Shown here piece after piece: positions 26,671-34,473 of a stretch of 34,473 nucleotides of DNA. Under the pieces are notes generated by a model. The model had not been told where the DNA came from and did not search any database. It saw only the letters and a list, made by a program, of their open reading frames with translations. A program made the position numbers and the translations under genes. Source of the DNA: Candidatus Micrarchaeota archaeon (lineage in GTDB: Archaea > Micrarchaeota > Micrarchaeia > Micrarchaeales > CABMGC01). Within the stretch, counting starts at the first letter, position 1. Every line of letters begins with the position of its first letter. The DNA is taken from assembly GCA_021801765.1 (NCBI GenBank), contig JAJYXO010000019.1, positions 1 through 34,473 of the forward strand, read 5' to 3'.

Positions 26671-27216
26671 ATGGGAGCACCAAGAAGAAACAGAAGGAAG
26701 TACGAGAAGCCTTCTTCTATATGGAATAAGCAGAGGATAGAGGAAGAGCACAAGCTCAAGGAGAGCTACGGGCTTAAGAACCTGAAGGAGCTCTGGAAAG
26801 CGACAAGCGAAATAAGAAGGGTAAAGAGGAATGCCAGGGATGTGCTCTCTGGGAGGAGCTCAGCGAATACAGGGTCAGATATCATAGCAAGGCTTTCTAG
26901 ATTCAACATAGTTAAAGAAGACGCGATAGCTGACGATCTCCTTGTACTTAAACCAGAGGCGATACTTGAGAGAAGGCTGCAGACAATAGTATACAGAAAA
27001 GGCATGTCGAAAAGCATCAAGCAAGCAAGGCAACTGATAGCGCATGGATTCATATCGATCAGCGGCAGAAGGGTAAAATCGCCAGGATACCTGGTAAGCA
27101 GGGCAGAGGAAGGCAACATAGGATATTACAAGCAGATAAAGATTGAGACACCGCCTCCTGCTGCAGAAGCCCCGCAAGTTGAGGATGCGAAGGAGGGAGA
27201 AGGAGAGGCTGCGTAA
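26671..27216 (+). CDS. rps4: 30S ribosomal protein S4 (uS4)
   Basis: [44 protein letters not shown]. Confidence 0.97.
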   Translation: MGAPRRNRRKYEKPSSIWNKQRIEEEHKLKESYGLKNLKELWKATSEIRRVKRNARDVLSGRSSANTGSDIIARLSRFNIVKEDAIADDLLVLKPEAILERRLQTIVYRKGMSKSIKQARQLIAHGFISISGRRVKSPGYLVSRAEEGNIGYYKQIKIETPPPAAEAPQVEDAKEGEGEAA

Positions 27217-27217
27217 G

Positions 27218-27736
27218 ATGGCAAAAAAATCAGTAAAAGGCAGGGAAAAGCCTAAACAGCAGGAGCAGAGCAAGACAGAGCAGCAGGTAAAGAAAGGGGA
27301 GCATTCCTACGAGGAGGAGGTAGCTCAGGCGCAGGAGAAGCACAAGCAGAAGGGCACAAGATGGGGAGTAGCGCATATCTTCTCATCCAAAAACAACACG
27401 ATAATAACGCTTACAGACCTTTCAGGCGCGGAGACAGTCGCGGTAGGAAGCGGGGGCATGGTAGTTGACGCTGACCATGAGGAAGGATCGCCTTACGCAG
27501 CCACGCAGGCAGCTTACAAGGTCGCATCCAAGGCTATTGAGAAAGGAATAACGCATATAAACATAAAGATAAGGGCAACAGGAGGCCATGGATCGAAGAC
27601 TCCGGGACATGGGGCACAGTCAGTTGTGAGGGCATTGGCCAGGAGCGGGTTTAAGATAGGAAGCATAGAAGATGTAACTCCAATACCGACAGATACTACT
27701 AAGAGACCTGGAGGTAGAAGGGGAAGGAGAGTCTGA
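27218..27736 (+). CDS. rps11: 30S ribosomal protein S11 (uS11) with N-terminal extension
   Basis: [53 protein letters not shown] 27218 right after the rps4 stop. Confidence 0.97.
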   Translation: MAKKSVKGREKPKQQEQSKTEQQVKKGEHSYEEEVAQAQEKHKQKGTRWGVAHIFSSKNNTIITLTDLSGAETVAVGSGGMVVDADHEEGSPYAATQAAYKVASKAIEKGITHINIKIRATGGHGSKTPGHGAQSVVRALARSGFKIGSIEDVTPIPTDTTKRPGGRRGRRV

Positions 27737-27819
27737 AACTGCATATGCCCGAGTATTCTTCTTTGATCTAGCGTAGATGCGCATGCCTATTGCATATATC
27801 CAGCTTGCAGGTTTGAATG

Positions 27820-28593
27820 TTAAGGATTGTAGAACTGCAGGTAGATTGAGTTGGATACAGTAGCGAATGTTCCTGTAACCAGAACATTTCCAGGATTTTG
27901 CCTTGAGATGTATACTGTGGCATTTCCATTTGAGTTCGTGTTCTCATATTCAGTGGATATCTCAGAAGGCGCCCTCTCTGCGCTAAACTCCACCGTAGCG
28001 CCTCCTAGAGGATACCCAAATATTTCAACAGTTGCTACTACAGGATAATTGCTCAGTCCGGCAGGTACACGCGTTGCTTGCGCGCTCAGATGGACTGATG
28101 GCTGTAGAGAGGCTATTGGGCCAGAGCTAACTTTTGCAAAGAATGTCCCAGTATATCTCTGAAGTACGGTGTTAGAACAGCTCCCGGATAGCTCAGTGCA
28201 GGTATAGGCAGTTAAATTAATCGAACCGCTCTCAGTATGGCCCCCTGCTGCGCTTCCGGAGAGTATCATGGTGCATAGGATGCTTCCTCCAGGAAGCACA
28301 TAGTCAGGTATGCATGTAGCTGATGCAGAGCCTGCATTGCTCGTGTTTATGCTTATCATCACATTCTCCACAGGGTATTCCTGTGAATTTGAGAGGAGAA
28401 GGGAAGACTCGGTTATCGTATTTGAATTTATAAGTATGGCCTTGCAGGAAAGGCCAGAGGAGATAGTGCATGAATAAGGGGGAATGTTGGCAGGCGCGAG
28501 CGCAAATACAAAGAGTAGTACTGCAGCTATTACGATTACAAGTATAGCCCAGCCATATACGGTAAGGAATTCCACCGTTGATTGGATAGGCAT
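27820..28593 (-). CDS. Pilin-like protein with C-terminal invasin/Big_1-type Ig-like domain
   Basis: QSTVEFLTVYGWAILVIVIAAVLLF resembles the N-terminus of the 7281-8213 protein; C-terminal G.PL.GATVEF...TNSNGNATV Ig-like motif; start uncertain (28593, 28602 or 28629). Confidence 0.75.
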   Translation of the reverse strand: MPIQSTVEFLTVYGWAILVIVIAAVLLFVFALAPANIPPYSCTISSGLSCKAILINSNTITESSLLLSNSQEYPVENVMISINTSNAGSASATCIPDYVLPGGSILCTMILSGSAAGGHTESGSINLTAYTCTELSGSCSNTVLQRYTGTFFAKVSSGPIASLQPSVHLSAQATRVPAGLSNYPVVATVEIFGYPLGGATVEFSAERAPSEISTEYENTNSNGNATVYISRQNPGNVLVTGTFATVSNSIYLQFYNP

Positions 28594-28768
28594 CTGGCAC
28601 ATGCAGGCATGATCCTCTTTGTTTCCCACGCAATACGCTCTCTGTAATTATTTATATTACTTGCCATAAAGCTCTGCAAACATGGCCTTAAGCAAGGAGC
28701 ATCTTCTTTGTGAATAGCTGCACATAACCATTATATACCAAAAAAGGATAAAGTTGTATGTGGCAGAT

Positions 28769-29503
28769 ATGCACTCTACGCATTTTATTATACGCGATAG
28801 AGATGGAAAAACACTCGGCACGATAGGTGCAAGTTCGCTGAGCCATGCCCTGCCATCCCCAAAGGCAAGCAAGTACGAGAAGATGGTAAAACGCTCGTTG
28901 CTCACTGAGGTGGCTAGGTGCGAGCAGAATGGAGTGAACCTGAAGGTATGGGACAATGCTGTCTTCCTGCACCTGGCAAGGGGAAGAGGATGGAAGCCAG
29001 ATTTTATCACAAATAGGACAATAGAAGGCAAGATTGTTGTTTTCGAGCCGCACGGGGGCAGATATCTCCAAAACCATGCAAGGGCATTAGATTACCTTTC
29101 CAAAATCAAGGAGGCTGCGGAGAGATATGGATTATACACTGTGTTGATCTCACATATTGTAAAAGGCGATTTGGAGAGAATAATAGCCCCATTCGAGACA
29201 ACACGGACAAACCGTGGGAATAGGAGATACTTCAATATGGATTCGCTTGGCGCAGGCAGGGAGTTGCTCTCTGGATCAGCTGCCAGGTATGTATGCGTAA
29301 TACAGTGCAAAGGCGGCAGGATAGTTTTGGATAACTTGCTTCCAACAATCGTAGGAAATTCAGTTGAGTATCCAGGGAATCCTATAGAAAAGCTGACTGC
29401 TGAATCTGCAAGCTTTGCATATCGCTACAACAGGCAGTTTAAAGATGCACCACGTGCTGCGATCAATATAGCTTTAAACAACCTCCGTTTGAACAGATAT
29501 TAA
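28769..29503 (+). CDS. Hypothetical protein, possible PD-(D/E)XK (Vsr/DUF559-like) nuclease
   Basis: SKYEKMV ... WKPDF ... VVFEPHG ... K......GL..VLI motif order. Confidence 0.5.
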   Translation: MHSTHFIIRDRDGKTLGTIGASSLSHALPSPKASKYEKMVKRSLLTEVARCEQNGVNLKVWDNAVFLHLARGRGWKPDFITNRTIEGKIVVFEPHGGRYLQNHARALDYLSKIKEAAERYGLYTVLISHIVKGDLERIIAPFETTRTNRGNRRYFNMDSLGAGRELLSGSAARYVCVIQCKGGRIVLDNLLPTIVGNSVEYPGNPIEKLTAESASFAYRYNRQFKDAPRAAINIALNNLRLNRY

Positions 29504-29570
29504 AGCTTAAGGCTAATCTAAATAAATTTGTAGGGTTTATTGCCATCTGCTCCGGTTTCAGAAGAGCTTA

Positions 29571-31508
29571 CTATCTCTTTACTTTAGCCAGTGCGCTGAA
29601 TATGGCGTTAGATTCAGCATATCCTATGCCATCCTCCTTAAGCTTTACTGCAGCTGAAGAGATCTGTCTATCGAATATAGCTAAGTAATGTAGCTCGCTG
29701 GCAGTTGGTACTTGGTTAAGGCTGCCATGTCCTGGAGTTTCTTCAGTTTCTATTACTGCTCGGGCCCCATCTGCAAGAAGGAAGGCGATGTTTCCTGCCT
29801 CTTCGTAATTTATGCCTCTGTTATTCAAAGCTCTCTGAATAATTACATCCTTCTTGTTTAGAGCTTCCAGCGTCTGTTGCTGTGCAGGAGTGAAAGTAGC
29901 ATTGGGATTATTGAATCCTGGCACTGCTGTTTCTTCCATTGCTATCTCTCCATCAGCAGCTAACAACTGATCTTTGTTCATGCTAGCTGCAGTTTGACTT
30001 GTTATTGCTGTTAAAGGAACAACTGCCTCCTGTGAAACTGTTTTGGTATTAGCGTTTTCCTGCTGCTGTTTCGCTTTAGGCGCAGGGCTTGCAGTATATT
30101 TAGCAGGCGCGATAGGTGTAGCATTCATATCTTCATTAATCTGCACCTTTGGAGTTGTAGCTACAGCGGGCTTATTTGTTTGACCATTATCCTGTTTTAT
30201 GGTCACTGCCTTAGGGCCGCTAGGCATAACAACTGTATATCTTTCTGTAGCTTTGAGGCTGACGTTACCACTGGCTCCAGTTTGATCCGCTTGTAACGTA
30301 GCAGAAGTTTGTGCTGGCATTGAGACATGCCTTGCATTTCTGTCCCCTGTTACTGCAATTAGAGTAGCTGCGATAGCTCCAATGGCTATGCTTTTATTAA
30401 TCCAGCCGTGTAGACTTTTCTTCCTCTGCAGCCTCTTCCTTTTCGCCCTAGATGGAAGGCCAGTTCCTGCTTCGGTCACTTTCTGATGATTGTAGCCTGA
30501 GCTGTCCTTTGGCAGTAGCGGTGCTGTTTCCTTAACAGCTGCCACTGCAGGTCCATCTTCTGATACACCAGATATTGTTTTCACTGCAAGTATCGGCTTT
30601 CGCTTTGCTGACATATATAATGCTACTCCTGCAGCTGCCAATCCTACTCCTAACTCCTCGATTGTCTTAAAGGTTATTCCCTGCGGCACTATTGGAACAG
30701 CATTTCTGACGTACATACCTATCTTATCATCAAACAATGCGCTTGCTGCTCCAGCTGCGAGCACAACACCTCCAATTACTCTCTTCCAGTAATTAGGAGG
30801 CACTTCACGCAAAGTGTATTCTACCTTCTCAGTAGCAGGGTTAGCAGAGGGATTAACTCTGCTTTCTTCGCTTTGTTTCTTTGGCAGGTTTGCTGCTCTT
30901 TCGCATGCTCCTGCATTCTGTACTGCGACTGCCCCATTTGAAACCTGGCTTTCTTGTGAGCCACTGCTTACGTCTTCACTGCGCTCCGCACTCTTGAGAT
31001 CTTTAACTGCCAATAAAGGTGCATCTTCTGTCTGCGAAAGCTGGCTGAAGGCCTGGCCAAGTATCCTTTTTGAGTATGTATATCTCTCAGGAACGCCAAG
31101 ATTCATCTCTCTTGCGACTTTATCTGCGTTTTCCTGCATCACATTTTTAATCTCTTCCTTTGAATCGCTTTCAATATTCTTAAGGCTGCCGAGATCGTAC
31201 TTGTTTACTTTTCCACCGTAAAATTCCTGCTGTATTTTATTTACCAGTTTATAAAGATCTTCCCTTGCCGTCTTTACCTCTTCTGACCTTTCTGCAGAAG
31301 CTACATTTTCGAAACTTCTGCTGTTCTTGGAAACAGTAACTATCTGAAAATTTATTCTATTTACCTCTTCTTGTGTAGGGAGTGATATAGGGCCTTTAGG
31401 TTTTACTTCGGGATAGAACATTGCATTCAGACTATCTCTGATCTTTCCTATGTCCTTCTTTATGGCAGAAGAAGCCATTACCTCTGGGGCTGCAAATACA
31501 CGGGGCAT
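29571..31508 (-). CDS. Hypothetical 645-aa membrane protein
   Basis: Long ORF; three hydrophobic segments (VIGGVVLAAGAASALF, LGVGLAAAGVALYM, IAIGAIAATLIAV); Ala/Thr/Gln/Pro-rich linker; no recognised domain. Confidence 0.75.
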   Translation of the reverse strand: MPRVFAAPEVMASSAIKKDIGKIRDSLNAMFYPEVKPKGPISLPTQEEVNRINFQIVTVSKNSRSFENVASAERSEEVKTAREDLYKLVNKIQQEFYGGKVNKYDLGSLKNIESDSKEEIKNVMQENADKVAREMNLGVPERYTYSKRILGQAFSQLSQTEDAPLLAVKDLKSAERSEDVSSGSQESQVSNGAVAVQNAGACERAANLPKKQSEESRVNPSANPATEKVEYTLREVPPNYWKRVIGGVVLAAGAASALFDDKIGMYVRNAVPIVPQGITFKTIEELGVGLAAAGVALYMSAKRKPILAVKTISGVSEDGPAVAAVKETAPLLPKDSSGYNHQKVTEAGTGLPSRAKRKRLQRKKSLHGWINKSIAIGAIAATLIAVTGDRNARHVSMPAQTSATLQADQTGASGNVSLKATERYTVVMPSGPKAVTIKQDNGQTNKPAVATTPKVQINEDMNATPIAPAKYTASPAPKAKQQQENANTKTVSQEAVVPLTAITSQTAASMNKDQLLAADGEIAMEETAVPGFNNPNATFTPAQQQTLEALNKKDVIIQRALNNRGINYEEAGNIAFLLADGARAVIETEETPGHGSLNQVPTASELHYLAIFDRQISSAAVKLKEDGIGYAESNAIFSALAKVKR

Positions 31509-31570
31509 AATACGACCTTTTATTTAAGTAAACTTAATTAATTTTCTCATTTATAAATTTAACTAATAGT

Positions 31571-31588
31571 AAGAGGAACATTTAAAAA
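31571..31588 (+). promoter_or_regulatory. Putative BRE/TATA promoter P1 of the 23S rRNA transcript
   Basis: Purine-rich AAGAGGAACA followed by TTTAAAAA (31581-31588). Confidence 0.5.
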
Positions 31589-31704
31589 GCCTAAGAAGTT
31601 ACCAGTAGATACTAAATGTGCAATGTTGCTCAGCGAATACTGCCAGAGGCAGTGTAACGAAACAGGTGTTTCAGATATTTAATGGCACATGGCCTGCAGT
31701 AAGC

Positions 31705-31712
31705 TTAATAAA
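31705..31712 (+). promoter_or_regulatory. Putative second TATA (P2) of the 23S rRNA transcript
   Basis: TTAATAAA about 23 nt before a GGTGC...GCACC-closed leader structure. Confidence 0.4.
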
Positions 31713-31869
31713 CCCTTTTGGATAAATAATTCTGGTGCTTTAATGGCAACCGCTAGCTCTTAGTGGCAGTGTTTCGAGAGCTACTATTGCTTGATGAGAT
31801 ACATAACTTAGAGCAGAGGCACCGCACGTGAGATTGCAAATGCTGCAATTGATTTGAGTGGAAGCGAGC

Positions 31870-34473
31870 TTGAATAATTTTAAGCCACCTAGAGGATGGC
31901 TTGGCTCTGGCAGCGATAAAGACCGTGGCAAGCTGCGATAAGCCTGGGGTAGCCGCATGTCAGGCTCTGAACCCAGGATAGTCTTTTGCTCCATGAATAG
32001 TGGCGCATGCATACGCGGGGAATTGAAATATCTTAGTACCCGCAGGAGAAGAAAGCGAAAGCGATGCCGCAAGTAATGCGAATGAAAGCGGCGTAGGGCA
32101 AACCGAATTGTGCCGTGCGAACGGCATCAGATGTGGTGCAGCTTTTAGACTGGCTCTGTGAGCTCAATGCGCTGGAAAGCGCAGCCATAGAGAGTGACAG
32201 CCTCGTGAGTTAAACCGAGTCAGTTGTGCTGTGTAAGAGTAGCTCGGCCTAAGTATGTCGAGCGAATACGGGGGCATTAAACCCCAACCCTAAATATTGG
32301 CCAGAGACCGATAGCGAACAAGTAGCGCGAGCGAAAGCTGAAAAGAACCCACGCGTGTGGGGCTGAAAAGATCTGAAACTAGGTGGTTACGAGAAGGCAT
32401 GGCGCGGAAGGAATGATAGCCGCAGAAGCGAAGGTGCGAGAGCACAGAGCGATGCGGAAGGAACAGTGTCATGTCTTTCTTCTCGAAGCAAGAGCCAGGG
32501 AGTGTATGGGTGTGGCAAGCCGAAAGGCGTAGCGAAAGCGAATGCGCGCAAGCAATGAGGCGCAGGGTATGAAAATGCCTTAGTCACTCTTATACGACCC
32601 GAAGCCATTGTGATCTACGCGCGGCCAGGACGAAATCGGGTTTGTGCCCGACGGAGGTCCGCAACCAATTCTGGTATATCCGACTGGGTGAGCTGCGGGT
32701 AGGGGCGATAGACCAATCGAACATGGCAATAGCGGGTCCCCTTCGAAGTATATTTAGTATAGCCCCGGGCGAGCTTGCACATGAGGTAGAGCTACCGATT
32801 GGAAGTTATGGAGTCGAAAGGCTCCGTCTTCCTCTCAAACTCCGAATGCATGTGCTGCGTAGACCCCGGGAGTCGGCTGCATTGGGTAAGCTAGTGCAAC
32901 GAGACTTGAAAGGGAGTGACCGTGGTTAAGGTCCCCAAATCCTAGTTGAGTGTATTGAAGGACGGCATGATCTCAGACAGTCGGGAGGTAGGCTCAGAAG
33001 CAGCCAGCCTTTAAAAAACGCGTAATAGCGTACCGATCAAGATCGTGTTATCCGAAGATGGACGGGGCTAAACTAGGTACCGAGACCACGGCATGCGAAA
33101 GCATGGGTAGAAGGGTATGCTGTGCGGCAAGAAGCGCGGCCGTGAGGTCGCGTAGACCGGCACAGCAGAGAAAATCCTGGTGTTAGTAACAGCAAATAAA
33201 GGTGAAAATCCTTTACGCCGAAAGCACACGGTTTTCCTTGCGATGATCGTCAGCTGGGAGTTAGCCGATCCTAAGCAGACAGCCAATTACTAGTCTGCAA
33301 AAGGGAAGCCTGTTAATATTCAGGCGCCTAGTACGTAGGCGTGGCAACACAAGGCGTATTTCTGAAGCTTGGGGATAGGCCTGAAACGAGGTGCAAATAG
33401 CTGCGGAGTCTCATTATGAGGAGAAGCAGCCAAATGAACCAAATATGGCTGAGTTCCTGAGCCAGTGAAAAGGGAATACGCATCGATCGTACTAGATCGT
33501 ACCTAGAACCAGTACAGGTGCTGCTGGCCGAAAAGGCCAAGGCGTGTCGGGAGAACCCGGGTTAGGGAAATCGGCAAAATAGTGGCGTAAGTTTTCGACA
33601 AGCCATGTCTGCGCTTAGTAAGCGCAGATAGCATTATCAAGGGGGGAGCAACTGTTTATCAAAAACACAACTCACCGCAAAGCCGTAAGGCTTAGTACAG
33701 TGGGTGACGCCTGCTCACCGCTAGTAAGCGAAACCCCGTTTCAACGGGCCTAAGCACTGGCAAAGAGCGGGAGTAACTCTGACTCTCTTTAGGTAGCGTA
33801 ATACCTCGTCACTTAATAGGTGACTTGCATGAAGGGCGTAATGTCTCCCCCACTGTCCCGACTCGGGACCTGGTGAACTCACTACGTGGTGTACATGCCA
33901 CGTTCTCTCAGTGGGTAGCGAAGTCTCCATGAAGCTTGACTATAGCCTGTTGTTGTTGCGTGATGAGTGATGCATAGCGTAAGTGGGAGCGTCGAAGCAT
34001 GCGCTGCGGTGCATGTGGAGCGGCAATGTAACACCACTCTTCGTTTATTACGCAACTCACTTTATTAGGAAAGCAGCAGGTGGATAGTTGGACTGGGCGG
34101 TTGCTTTCGATAAAGAAACGAAAGTGACCAATGCTCTGCTTAGGTGGGTTGGGAACCCACCGTAAAGCATAAAGGCAAATGCAGGGCTGACTGTATCCTG
34201 AAAAGCGTGGGATGCAGACTGGAAACAGGGGCTTAACGAACTCTGGATGCCCTTTTAATGGGGCACCATGCTGTCAAAAAAGTTACTCTGGAGGTAACCG
34301 GTTCGTGGCGGGTGAGAGTTCACATCGACCCCGCCGTTTGATACACCGATATGGGCTTAGGTTATCCTGGCGGTGCAGGAGCCGCCAAGGGTTGGACTGC
34401 TCGTCCATTAAAAACCTACATGAGCTGAGTTCAGTACGTCGCGAGACAGTACGGTAGCAACTACTGAGAGTGT
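31870..34473 (+). rRNA. rrl: 23S rRNA (5' end approximate; truncated at the window end near E. coli position 2625)
   Basis: TAAGCC....GAGGATGGCTTGGCT, GAATTGAAATATCTTAGTACC, GTPase centre GGAGGTAGGCTCAGAAGCAGCCA, H69 GGAGTAACTCTGACTCT, domain V GTAAC...CATCGAC...GAGCTG.GTTCAG.ACGTCGCGAGACAG. Confidence 0.98.

Noticed and set aside
27143..27217. Longer rps11 start (MRHRLL...)
   Set aside because: Lies within rps4; ATG 27218 directly follows the rps4 stop
34395..34406. A-loop U2554C, and C2057-G2611 in the 23S
   Set aside because: These states are, to my knowledge, common in archaea, so they were not counted as unusual
31740..34457. Short ORFs on both strands in the 3' region (possible homing endonucleases or introns)
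   Set aside because: All fall in rRNA or leader sequence; the 23S length is colinear with no large insertion and no LAGLIDADG motif seen
1..34473. CRISPR array, transposase or integrase, or a DGR behind the LamG repeats
   Set aside because: No regularly spaced direct repeats, no transposase/integrase/reverse-transcriptase motifs, and no near-identical TR/VR pair with adenine-only mismatches seen by eye

Overview
Archaeal chromosomal window, most likely DPANN/Micrarchaeota-like. This is inferred from the archaeal TyrRS, NAC, uS4 and ftsZ-secE, the expanded class III signal-peptide/LamG surface proteins, a tRNA with non-canonical BHB introns, and a 23S rRNA with no 16S upstream. Most genes are housekeeping: ppa, ftsZ, secE, tyrS, nac, a two-subunit lipoate ligase plus lipA, rps13-rps4-rps11, and a partial 23S rRNA. 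The standout is a tight four-gene operon (3354-6640, minus strand) of paralogous proteins built from 7 copies of a unit made of one long helix plus two domains resembling the N-terminal dimerisation domain of ribosomal stalk protein aP1/L12. That gives 14 P1-like domains, none with the acidic factor-binding tail. The operon lies upstream of a GNAT acetyltransferase and two KaiC-like ATPases on the same strand. Other notable items are a 23S rRNA with many substitutions at normally near-invariant peptidyl-transferase-centre positions and an apparent one-G deletion in the P-loop, a tRNA-Ser(CGA) with two non-canonical introns, a half-length NFACT/Rqc2 protein, and a GH135 + GT2 pair flanking the tRNA. 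All family calls are by-eye motif recognition; no searches were run.
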